A stretch of DNA of 63,914 bases, the filler included, from Reticulomyxa filosa (Eukaryota; Protista; Foraminifera): NCBI GenBank assembly GCA_000512085.1. It is 14 parts of 14 records of this genome, joined end to end, with 100 filler letters (N's around TTAATTAATTAA, not from the genome) between each part and the next. Parts side by side here need not be neighbours in the genome. Positions count along the whole stretch, not along the records: positions 32,020 to 53,763 come from ASPP01024359.1; positions 53,864 to 54,863 come from ASPP01044833.1; positions 54,964 to 56,176 come from ASPP01000185.1; positions 56,277 to 57,375 come from ASPP01045960.1; positions 57,476 to 58,495 come from ASPP01015797.1; positions 58,596 to 60,183 come from ASPP01026414.1; positions 60,284 to 62,194 come from ASPP01016082.1; positions 62,295 to 63,914 come from ASPP01037241.1; 6 more parts are not named here. One strand, given 5' to 3'. Made by a program: the position numbers and the translations under genes. Position 1 is the first letter of the stretch; each line of letters opens with the position of its first letter. Shown here piece by piece: positions 52,712 through 62,491 of the stretch. The notes under the pieces are model-generated. The model did no database searches, was not told the origin of the DNA, and worked only from the letters and a program-made list of their open reading frames with translations.

Positions 52712-54622
52712 CATCTACAAATGATAGAATCTGTGCAGACATACTTTTCCAAGCGGAAAAGCATATTTCAAAGTTTTTTCCATATTTTACTATCATTGAA
52801 TCCTATTACGTCTTCTTTACCCTTTTTTAGTGTAATTTTTGCCTATTTGTAGTCATTTTTTTTTGTCATTATTGATGCATTGAACTTTTTTCTCTAATCA
52901 ACAAAAAGGCATTTTCATAAAAACCTCTGTCCATAAACTTTCCTTTACACAATCTTCAAGAATTGAAATAGGTTTGTTGCATGGCAACATTAAAAAATTT
53001 AGTATACAAAAACTTTCGGTCTTATCTAGCATACGTATCTTATTAAAAAAGTGTTTAAAAAAAAAAGGACGCCAAAACGGAGGCATTCGACAATAAGTTT
53101 TAAAAGCTTTGAATGATTTCATATACTTTTTTGACCACTCAAAACGCTGTAATATGGATTATACACGTTGTCTTGCGTTTGTTGGCCGATAAAAAATGCT
53201 TTATGGCTGAAAGCCTGACGAGTCAAGGACGGTTTACTTTCAAAACCCAGTTCAATTCTGCGCGATATAAATACTCATCCCGTAAGAACAAGAGCGCAAT
53301 AACATTCATTGTTGGAGAAGCATTGTTTATCATTTTCATCAGCCTATTTTCTCGTTCTTGCCATCCATAATCTTGCTACGAACAAAGGGATGAATTAAAA
53401 TTTGACATTTATGAAATACCCAATAGAGTTCCACTTTCACTCATTTGGAACATTCTCTAACAAAAGAGGAAAATCTTCGAACAATTTATGGGGACAAACT
53501 ATTACCACTAACACTGTCAGCGATCCCAAAATCTCGGACACACTGTTCCTATGGATTATATTTATCACTGGAAAAATTGTAGTGGCTCCTTGAACAAATC
53601 ATGTATTTCCATTCCTATTGACTCCAACACGTCCAAGAAATGTTTCAAATTTGGAGTTCATCCTTTTTATCCATGTCCACCACTATTGCTGGATAAATTT
53701 CAAAGAAATAATTTTCATATGTGCATCCACTTCGTGTTCTTTTTACTATTTTGTTTTTGCTTTNNNNNNNNNNNNNNNNNNNNNNNNNNNNNNNNNNNNN
53801 NNNNNNNTTAATTAATTAANNNNNNNNNNNNNNNNNNNNNNNNNNNNNNNNNNNNNNNNNNNNGGGGGACTCTTCAGACCCTTCAGAGTTTCTCCCTCTG
53901 TAGTAGAGTCTTGCCCTACAAGTTTTTAAGAGTTGTTTTTTGTAATTTGTTTTGTTTATTTGGAATGTTTCATTATGAGGTATTTTTTAGTGTTCGGTTT
54001 TTTCTCCTTCAAAATTTTTGTTTTAAAAATAAAACGTTTTCAAACTCTGTCAAATACAGATCCATTGATAACCTTTGAAATGGAGAAAATTGTTGCATAA
54101 TTTCAATATACAAGCGAAATCAGCAAAAAAGTGTACGAATTGACGGGAGTTTCTTGTTTGTACGTACACTTTAGTGCACTTGACTTCACACACGCTTTTT
54201 TAGTTGTTCGTGGTCATAAAAAGCTTTCACAAATCGAACTATTAACACGGATTACACAAAGTAAGTTTTGTTGAAGAGTAATTCATTTTGCAATCGTTTC
54301 TGGAGAAAAATAAACCAATACCAACAATTAGAGCTGTTATTTGGAGGATGAATAAACGAAAGTACATATAATTGCAAACCATTTATGAAAAGTTGAAATT
54401 TATTCACTATTAACGTTTGAAAGGGTAAACATTGATAAACATTTTGAATAGCAAAAAATTCAAAAAAAAAAAAATAATCGTATTGAGAAATAAAAGTAAT
54501 TAATGTTCTTTTTAAAAAATGCATTGTGTATCAATCTGTTTTTGCTATGCTTGATTTTTGATTTGTTGAGTTTGAAGATTGACCAGGTCACTGATACCAT
54601 TACTTATACTAATCAAAGTGTC

Positions 54623-54862
54623 CTATATTTTTTTAAAATTTTCTAATGGATCCAATTTTTTGGACATATCTTTCATGTTATTAGCCATATCTTTCATGTC
54701 AGTAGCCATTTTTTTGGTATCGGAAGAAAGTTTATCCATACTATCTCTGATGCCTGAAAGCGATCCAATTAATCCATACTGTTGATCAAATGTAAAATAT
54801 ATAGCACGTGCTCCATAAGTATTTAATGTCTTTTTAAGAAACTCGAGTTCTAAAGCTAAATC
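54623..54862 (-). CDS. Partial ORF with heptad repeats (MATDMKDMANNMKDMSKK)
   Basis: Open frame from the contig edge to TAG at 54623-54625. No family recognised. Confidence 0.3.
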   Translation of the reverse strand, partial: DLALELEFLKKTLNTYGARAIYFTFDQQYGLIGSLSGIRDSMDKLSSDTKKMATDMKDMANNMKDMSKKLDPLENFKKI

Positions 54863-55139
54863 ANNNNNNNNNNNNNNNNNNNNNNNNNNNNNNNNNNNNN
54901 NNNNNNNTTAATTAATTAANNNNNNNNNNNNNNNNNNNNNNNNNNNNNNNNNNNNNNNNNNNNAAGAATGTTGATTTCATCCAACAAAAAAAAAAGTTAT
55001 TAAAAAATCAATATTATATTTAAAAACTACAAGACTTGTAGATATTTTTTTAAAAAAAATTAGGTCTAAATGTTGATTTTTCATTGAGAAAATCAATTAT
55101 CATCATAGGATATCGTTTTAGGCGTTCAGTTTTCTTTGC

Positions 55140-55920
55140 AACCTACTGTATATGTATATATTTTAGCATTATTTGCAACGAGATCCATTTTATCATTTCC
55201 AGGTATACAGAATGCAACACAAGATTATAACAATTGAATCGACCTGACAATCTGATAAACTTGTGATGCAACTTCATTACACGAAGAATTTGACACATTG
55301 CAATCGTTTGTATCCTTTACAATAGTCTCTTATAAATGTCCGCTGCGCCATTCTAAAATGCAGATGCATACTCGAGCGGTCTTTTGTAATATATTATATG
55401 TGGATAATCTTGTTTTGATACCTTTATATGAACATAAATATGTCCAAGTTTCCTTGAAGCTTTTCCATGCACGTAATTAATATGCTTGGAATATATTATG
55501 TGTGTTTATTCGCCCAAATGGATAATTCAGGGATTGGGGAAAGTATTGAATTCCATCCAATATCAATATTCCAAGTCGATCTGATAAGAAGCTATCAATC
55601 CACCAATATAATCTTCTATCTAATTTAAATATACATTTCTACAAACACTATCACGATCTAGACCTTTGGATGTTAAACAAATAATCATCCAATATGTCTT
55701 GGATTATTCACTCCTTCAAATATACAATGTCTGTTGCCAGCATTATTTGCAACAAAATCCACTTTATCAATCCCAGAATGACCTTTAATCCAATAGATCT
55801 CTGGTACGTTATCCTCATTAAATGATTTTAATATCTTCTGGTTCAATGAAGATTACAAAAGATGATTTTTTGTTCGAGTATGTGGATCAGGTTCAACTCC
55901 AGCCTCAATCAACAGTGAAA
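55140..55920 (-). pseudogene. Decayed LINE-type RT/RNase H fragments
   Basis: The minus strand reads YWIKGHSGIDKVDFVANNA (~55738-55796, RNase H C-terminal motif), RPLEYASAF* (~55350-55382, RT thumb motif RPxLEYAS) and a second IPGNDKMDLVANNA (~55165-55208). Stops occur throughout. Confidence 0.7.
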
Positions 55921-56276
55921 ATAAATTTGGCTCTTCACTGTGGAATTACAGGAGCAATGCCAATGCTCAACTGAATCATCTGAGCCTTGTTTTCGAAGTG
56001 AAATATTGAGATTAACACCTTTTAACAAATTAAAGCAAACTAAAACAAAAAATAAAATTTAAACACTTATTATTAAAGAAAAGCATGTGAATGTTGTTGC
56101 TATTGCCATTTCGACTGGAAATTTCCGGACATTATTTGTTCATTTTGCAGTTGATGTCAATGAGCAGCAACTAACTNNNNNNNNNNNNNNNNNNNNNNNN
56201 NNNNNNNNNNNNNNNNNNNNTTAATTAATTAANNNNNNNNNNNNNNNNNNNNNNNNNNNNNNNNNNNNNNNNNNNN

Positions 56277-57375
56277 AGTAATTTCTTGTTCTTCCTTTTT
56301 TTGCTCATCATCATTTTTTTCTTCTTCTTGTTGTCGTTGTTGATCTTTCACAATCAAATCTTTGGCATACACACAAAGGATTTCAATACTAATGTCTTCT
56401 ATAAAACTTTTGATCATTTTTCGACGAAGCAAATAGTATTTCCACGCTTTTAATACCAAGATGGCAAGTCGAGTTTCAGTTCCAATGTGATCCTCTCTGA
56501 TGTAATAGGTTCTCAAAATTGTAAATACAGTACTCATGTTTTGATTTAAAAAATCAATATCTTGTATTTGGGCATCTTGGATTGCATGTTTGTATTGATT
56601 ATAATTTGACATCAAATTATGTGCTATCTTTTCAACTTCCCCAGAATTAAATAAACGTAAATATTGTTTGTTTTCTTTGAAATTAAATTGACAATACTTT
56701 TGTTTTTCATAAGTAAATGCAACCAAAATATTAAATTCACATTTGCCATATATAATCCACAGGCTTCTTTCAGAATACCGTCGTTTTTTGAAATATTTGC
56801 ATATCCAATCTAATATCCGCTCTTGCATTTTTTGGGCATAATAAAGGTCATGTTCATTGTTTTTGTCCAATTGAAATAAAAATATAATGATGGAATTATG
56901 TTTATGACAAATAGCCAATCTATTTTGTAGACATCCACCTAATATTGCTCCATATACTTGTGAAAATGGACAATTTTCCTCATATCGACAGGCTTCCATT
57001 AATTCTATTGTAAATTCGTTTGCAACTTTACACACTCTGTTTTTCTTTTCATCCAATAAAATATTTTTCTTGATTATTCGTTCGTAATATTTATTTATTT
57101 TCTTATTTTTTTTTGTCCTTATTCTGTATTCCATTGGTACAGTCCACGCACAAATATCTTCTTCTAGTTTACGCCTTGTTTCCATATCTCTTAAGACTTG
57201 CATTTGTTCCATTTCTTTTCTTCAAAGACAAAAATTTATTATGTTACAACTCAAATAAAGATTTTTTTACAAACTTACATAGTTCTTCTCCAATCCTTAT
57301 CTTTCTTAACAAATGGTAATCCATTGTTTACTGTAGTTATCACTGCATCTTCAATATCACCACGAACTGTAATAT
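56277..57375 (-). CDS. 2'-5'-oligoadenylate synthetase (OAS)-fold nucleotidyltransferase-like protein, catalytic Asp residues absent; partial at both ends
   Basis: GGCLQNRLAICHKHNSIIIFL, CEFNILVAF, RLAILVLKAW and ISIEILCVYA align by eye with OAS motifs [33 protein letters not shown] and [10 protein letters not shown]. Confidence 0.7.
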
Positions 57376-57536
57376 NNNNNNNNNNNNNNNNNNNNNNNNN
57401 NNNNNNNNNNNNNNNNNNNTTAATTAATTAANNNNNNNNNNNNNNNNNNNNNNNNNNNNNNNNNNNNNNNNNNNNAAGTTCACGCAGATGAAGACGACCT
57501 GGATCCAGCTCGGCTGATCCTGCTGACGAAGGGCAA

Positions 57537-57570
57537 GCCGCGCCGGCCGCCACGCCGGCGCGGCTTTTTT
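57537..57570 (+). terminator. Bacterial rho-independent terminator
   Basis: GCCGCGCCGGC-cgccac-GCCGGCGCGGC stem followed by TTTTTT, just downstream of a stop codon. Confidence 0.85.
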
Positions 57571-57622
57571 ACGTCTCGAATCTCATGCCAATGTCGAAAA
57601 CACGGCTCTCCAGAGGTGGCCC

Positions 57623-58267
57623 ATGAACAGTGAAGGCTTGCACCGGCTCAAGGAGCGCGGCGTCGACGAGATTCGCCGCTTCCTCCTCATGTTCGTCTAT
57701 CTCTACATGGTCTTCGGCCTGTTCGTGCTGAACGAAAGCCTGGTCCTTTTGGAGCGGAACCTATCCTTCGCCCCGCAAGGGTTCGCTCTGATCAACGCCG
57801 CCGTCATGGCCAAGGTCATGCTGATCGCCGAGCATTTCCGGATCGGCCGCCGATTCGACCATATGCCTTTGATCTGGCCCGTAGCCTACAAGGCGGGGCT
57901 GTTCGCCCTCGTCTTCATGCTTTTCCACGCCCTCGAGCGAATTGGCCTCGGCATGGTGACCGGAAATTCCTTCGCCGCCAGCATGCCTCATATCGGCGGC
58001 GTCACCTGGGAAGGCAAGCTGACGGTGTGGGCAATCATGACCATCTCGCTGCTGCCGTTCTTCGCCCTGCGAGAGATCGGGCAGATCCTCGGCGAAGGCA
58101 AGCTCTGGCGAATCATGTTCCACGCGCGCCGGCCTCGTCACCGGCCCGGACGGCCGCAGAGAACTCGTAGTTCAGCGACGCAGTATCGCGTCGACGGTCG
58201 TGACCTCGGCATACTCGCCATCGAGAAGCGCCAGCGTGAGCTGATGCACATCTTCCGCCGGCCATAG
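57623..58267 (+). CDS. Bacterial hypothetical membrane protein (4 TM); the C-terminal tail overlapping the opposite gene is doubtful
   Basis: GC-rich codon usage, GAGG-type RBS upstream of ATG, four hydrophobic helices. Confidence 0.75.
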   Translation: MNSEGLHRLKERGVDEIRRFLLMFVYLYMVFGLFVLNESLVLLERNLSFAPQGFALINAAVMAKVMLIAEHFRIGRRFDHMPLIWPVAYKAGLFALVFMLFHALERIGLGMVTGNSFAASMPHIGGVTWEGKLTVWAIMTISLLPFFALREIGQILGEGKLWRIMFHARRPRHRPGRPQRTRSSATQYRVDGRDLGILAIEKRQRELMHIFRRP

Positions 58268-58495
58268 CCGGCCCGTCAGGTCGCGCTTGTCGCACGACCA
58301 GCAGGCGTCTCCCGGCAGCCGGACCTCGAAGCCGAGATTGGCCGCCACCCGCACCGTGGCTTCGACCGAGTTGGCGAGCAGCACGCCACAGATCACCAGC
58401 GACGGCTTCTCCCCACCGCTGCCGGCCATCGCCTGAAGGCCGGCCGCGAGGTCGGTGCCGATGAAGGCACTGTGGACCTTCTTGGCCACCACCAG
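58172..58495 (-). CDS. Bacterial isochorismatase/cysteine-hydrolase family protein, C-terminal fragment
   Basis: KKVHSAFIGTDL...VICGVLLANSVEATVRVAANLGF...DAC. Confidence 0.85.
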   Translation of the reverse strand: MVVAKKVHSAFIGTDLAAGLQAMAGSGGEKPSLVICGVLLANSVEATVRVAANLGFEVRLPGDACWSCDKRDLTGRLWPAEDVHQLTLALLDGEYAEVTTVDAILRR

Positions 58496-58595
58496 NNNNN
58501 NNNNNNNNNNNNNNNNNNNNNNNNNNNNNNNNNNNNNNNTTAATTAATTAANNNNNNNNNNNNNNNNNNNNNNNNNNNNNNNNNNNNNNNNNNNN

Positions 58596-59294
58596 CGAGG
58601 ACTATGGTAGGTAGTGGTGGTATCGTGTATACTTGTGAGTAGGAGCCACATATTGCAGCTTAGCAACACTATGTCGAAGGAGGAGGTTTAGTACGAGGTA
58701 CCGTGCGGCTTCCTTGGCCTTCCCTATAGTGCCTAGTAAGTGTTGGCGTGTGGAACAACTCCTACGGCCTGAGAGCACTGATGAGCCCAATGGCAGGGCG
58801 AAACCGTGTATAGCCTTCTAGGCCCAGTCGGTCCGAAACCTACCTATGTTGCACCCTTTGGGGAAACCAATAGGACAGGAAGATTTGAGCAACCTAGAAA
58901 CTAATATATATACACCCTTACACGGTAGTAATGGCCAACATAAAAGGATCGATCGGCTCCCAACACCAAAGTGCGTATTAATACCTATAAATGGTATAAT
59001 ACGCAGGATGGAGGAGGGTATTGCAGTTCATATATGGTGGTGGCAATCTGTTGTGAATTAACATACAGGGGCCAGAGGCTACGTTGTACCATAAAGGGTG
59101 AAAGGAGGGATGGAAACTGCGACTAAATGCATAGCACTTCTAGAAGGCATGTATTTATGTCTGTGTAGATGTTTCACTTGCGTGAGGGTCTTCGGGTGGT
59201 GGAGGGTATGTAATGGTGAGGTACGGGACGATCACCTTTTGTTGGCTAAAAATTCACTTGATCCGGTATTGATATTATGGCGGAATGCAGTTTT
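58596..59294 (+). ncRNA. Putative large structured non-coding RNA (5'-truncated by contig edge) containing a hammerhead-like motif
   Basis: GC-richer island with no credible ORF, many nested complementary segments and a TTTT at its 3' boundary. Identity unknown. Confidence 0.55.
58766..58824 (+). ncRNA. Hammerhead ribozyme-like motif
   Basis: CTGATGA (58778-84), stem II GCCC/GGGC with a 7-nt loop, then GAAAC (58800-04). Flanking GGCCT/AGGCC could close stem I. Stems I and III are imperfect. Confidence 0.55.
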
Positions 59295-59419
59295 ATAATA
59301 TATTTATATTTTTATATTTATATTCAAAAAAAACGAAGTTCAACAAAAAAGAGAAAGAAGAGAAGCTATTTTTTCCCAAAATAAGTAACCCTGGAAGAAT
59401 AAGCAATTCTATTTCTCTG

Positions 59420-59499
59420 GCAGTCTATGCATATTGGTTTGCAATGCGATAATCTCGCAACTTCTTTTAGAAGTCTGGGTTCGAGTCCCAGAGATTGCA
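59420..59499 (+). tRNA. Atypical tRNA-like cloverleaf (long variable arm, abnormal anticodon loop); tRNA pseudogene or tRNA-derived element
   Basis: Acceptor GCAGTCT/AGATTGC+A; D arm TGCA-TATTGGTT-TGCA; TGCGA-TAATC-TCGCA arm; variable arm ACTTCT-TTT-AGAAGT; T arm CTGGG-TTCGAGT-CCCAG; T-run downstream. Confidence 0.7.
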
Positions 59500-60283
59500 T
59501 AAATTTCTTCTTTCTTTTTTGAAGCTTTTATATTTATCTTTTTACCATTTAAATCTTTGTTATGTTTGATAATATATTTTATATCTTTTATTGAAAAATT
59601 ATATACCTAAAATAGATCATAATTATTTTAATTATATTACTTTTTTTACTATAAACTAATTTAAGAAAAAAAAAATGTAATACAAAAAACGTTTAAAGTA
59701 ATTTTAATAAAAAAGTAAAAATTTTTAAATTTATCGTTTAAAAGTATATAAAAAGTATTTTTTTAAAAAATCAAGTAATAAATTGAATTTATTTATATAT
59801 TTCATGTTATCTTTTTCTTTTTGTTCATCTTCAATTTGCGTATCAATTTGATGTCGAATATTTGTAGTTTGATTTTTTACTTAGTTTCAATTTTTTTAAT
59901 TCATCGGATTTGATTTGATAGTGTTCCAATAAATAATTAAATTGTATTAAGTTGTTCATATTATTTTGAATAAGTCTATGTTGTGCAACATCTTCAATTT
60001 GCACTTTTTTTTGCACTCTTTATATGTAAAAACAATTGACATTTGAGTTGAAAATGAAACTTAAATGTGATCCACACATTCTATCAAATATCAATGAATA
60101 TATATATTATACTATTTGTTCAAATATTCATACTAAATTATTTATTAAAAATAATATGCAAATTTGATATCTATTTCAGAAAANNNNNNNNNNNNNNNNN
60201 NNNNNNNNNNNNNNNNNNNNNNNNNNNTTAATTAATTAANNNNNNNNNNNNNNNNNNNNNNNNNNNNNNNNNNNNNNNNNNNN

Positions 60284-61308
60284 ATTTGATTTATGTTATT
60301 TGTTTATTTCTGGCATAGCAGGAGGGGGTGGGGGAAAAAAAAGAGACAAAGCTTTGAAAAGTCAAATCAGATGCTTTTGTTTCCAGTTCTTGTTTGTGTT
60401 TTTTCAATACATCAATTTCATTCTCTAATTCTTTGTTCGCTTGAACGAGTGACGCATTTTCTGTTGTCAGAGTATCAATTTGGGTTTGTTGTTTACTCAA
60501 AGTTGTATGTTGATTGTGTTCCAACTCTTGCAATTTTGCTGCTTGGGTCTCCAATTCGATTGGTAGCAATTTACGGCATTTTATTGTGACGTGTAGCTCC
60601 CCTTTTTTTACATTCTGAAGCGTCAAAGCTCCCGAGAAACCTTTTTTTTTTTTTTTGAAAAATTTTTTATTTTTTTTTTTATGTTTTTTAAAAAGCAAGA
60701 AAACATTTTTTTGTACCGTTGTGGTCTTGCTGAAAAAAATTAGCCAATGAAAACTTGTACTCGCCAATGCTGTCATGCTTTGTATTTTTGTCCCAGTCCC
60801 AAACATGAAATAACAGCTCTTTGGGCTCTTTGAAAAATATGAACTGTGTTTGCTCATTCCACACAGGATCCAGCGTTTTCAATAAAGTTTTAGTGGTATA
60901 CGTTTGACGAAAGGCGCTCACCTTGCAGTTGTTCAAAAAGGAGGATAAAAGGGTTGGTATATCTTTCATTTAAAAAAAATTAAAAAAGTGAAGGAAAATG
61001 TTCGTTATCAAATAATAAATATAACATTACACAGTGTTTGAGATAAACTTTTTAAACTCGGCAATAAGGATCAGACAATCCAAATGTATCTGCCTTCTCC
61101 AAGCTGGTCGCTTTAATGACCTCCACTTGAACCAAAAAAATTTGAACGTATGTGTCAGCAGTTGACATGTCATCTTCTTCGGTCTCTGTGGGCGTGTTTG
61201 GTGTGTTGTTGTAAAACAGAATTGTGATAGCGTGTTGACAAGTTTTACACTATGAATTGGCATACCATCCTCCTTGTGCTTTTCATCCACCGATTTATCC
61301 GCGGACAT
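60284..61308 (-). CDS. C2-domain protein with coiled-coil; 3'-partial
   Basis: Spliced VQVEVIKATSLEKADTFGLSDPYCR|VSAFRQTYTTKTLLKTLDPVWNE..FHVWDWDKNTKHDSIG. Confidence 0.88.
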
Positions 61309-62294
61309 GTCTAACAATGTCGGTTGTACGCAAAAAGAATATTAATATCACGATTTCAAGACCCTTCTTTTTTGTAACATGCTCTTGTTTAAAGGCTGAC
61401 ATTAGGAATATGTAATAATGTAAATGATATGAAATCCCTTGGAAGATTAAATTTAATTCGCTATGCTTATAAAAGTACAGAAATTTAATCTGAAAGTCCT
61501 GCAATGTTTAATGACGAAAAGTAACGTTCCATTCGATTGAGACTGATTGCTAAAAACACTATGACGAACAGGATTTGTTTTTAAAACTAGTAAAAAAATC
61601 TTAACGTTGAGACACTTTGTTAGGAGCATTCGTTTTTTATCAGTAGAGCCAAACATAAAATTCAAACAAATTAAAAAAAAAATGATAACATTTGGTATTT
61701 TTCCTTTTATTGGAATAGGGATTACTGTGTGTGCTTTCCTTTTCCAGCAGTATGATCTCTGTGATGCAAGGGACCACTCCATCCTTCTTTATTATCTCTA
61801 CTCCTGTTGTGGCCAGAGATAGAGGCATGATCGTCATCGCTATCATCGGTTTCATTTGTGTCAGTATCAGGTTGATCGTCCTTGTCATGATTGGAGGAGC
61901 CAACCCAAAAAAACAAGATTGCGAACATTTCAATGAAGGGGATTTGGATGAGTTCCCATAAGTCATAACAACACAAAAAAAACTCCTCATAGCACCACAA
62001 AACAAAATATCGAATAGCAATCACACCCTTGATAAAATAAGTTGGAATATTTAACATCAACTTTTCCATCTGGCTGTGTTCGAAAGGGTTCATCTCTTTT
62101 CTCTACATTTTTTTTTTTTTTTTTTTTTTTAAGTTCAGCCAATTTTTTTTTTTAAATTGAAAAAAAAAAAAAAAAGAGTGAAAATACCCGACTCNNNNNN
62201 NNNNNNNNNNNNNNNNNNNNNNNNNNNNNNNNNNNNNNTTAATTAATTAANNNNNNNNNNNNNNNNNNNNNNNNNNNNNNNNNNNNNNNNNNNN

Positions 62295-62491
62295 TCACAA
62301 TGTAATTCCATTGCATTGTTTGCAATTTGATTGCAAATACAACAAATTAACGTGTCCAGTTTTTGTGATTCATTTGTCGACGAAACCCAAGCTTTATTGT
62401 GACAATCAGAAAAGAGAGAGCTTGGTTTTTTGTTTTCTTTGCTTTCTTCTTCTTCTTCTTGTTCTCTTGTTTCTGCTTCAATTAACAACAT
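62295..62491 (-). CDS. N-terminal fragment of a RING/TRAF-type zinc-finger family protein
   Basis: FSDCHNKAWV..LICCICNQIANNAMELHC, truncated by the contig edge. Confidence 0.55.

Noticed and set aside
52898-53763. Minus-strand coding-like segment downstream of G-alpha
   Set aside because: It is interrupted by stops with no identifiable domain; it may be a pseudogene but cannot be supported.
59171-59196. Second, minus-strand hammerhead (CCGAAGA...GAAAC)
   Set aside because: The core has a U-to-C change and no properly positioned stem II or flanking stems; probably chance.
58820-59260. Identification of the island as RNase P/MRP (GGAAGATTTGAG), SRP RNA (GGCCCAGTCGG) or telomerase RNA (CACCCTTA)
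   Set aside because: Only short motif resemblances. No matching CR-V/P4 partner, no SRP helix-8 AGCAG, and no 1.5-repeat template for a known telomere were found.
58602-59298. Short ORFs (62-71 aa) in the structured island
   Set aside because: No recognisable motifs and lengths expected by chance; base-pairing explains the region better.
56277-60183. Apparent cluster of OAS-like gene, bacterial genes and ribozyme island as one defence or HGT island
   Set aside because: These are three separate contigs divided by artificial spacers, so adjacency is meaningless.
11458-62294. Recurring TTAATTAATTAA palindrome flanked by Ns as a biological repeat or array
   Set aside because: It is a constant-length artificial six-frame stop linker used to concatenate contigs.
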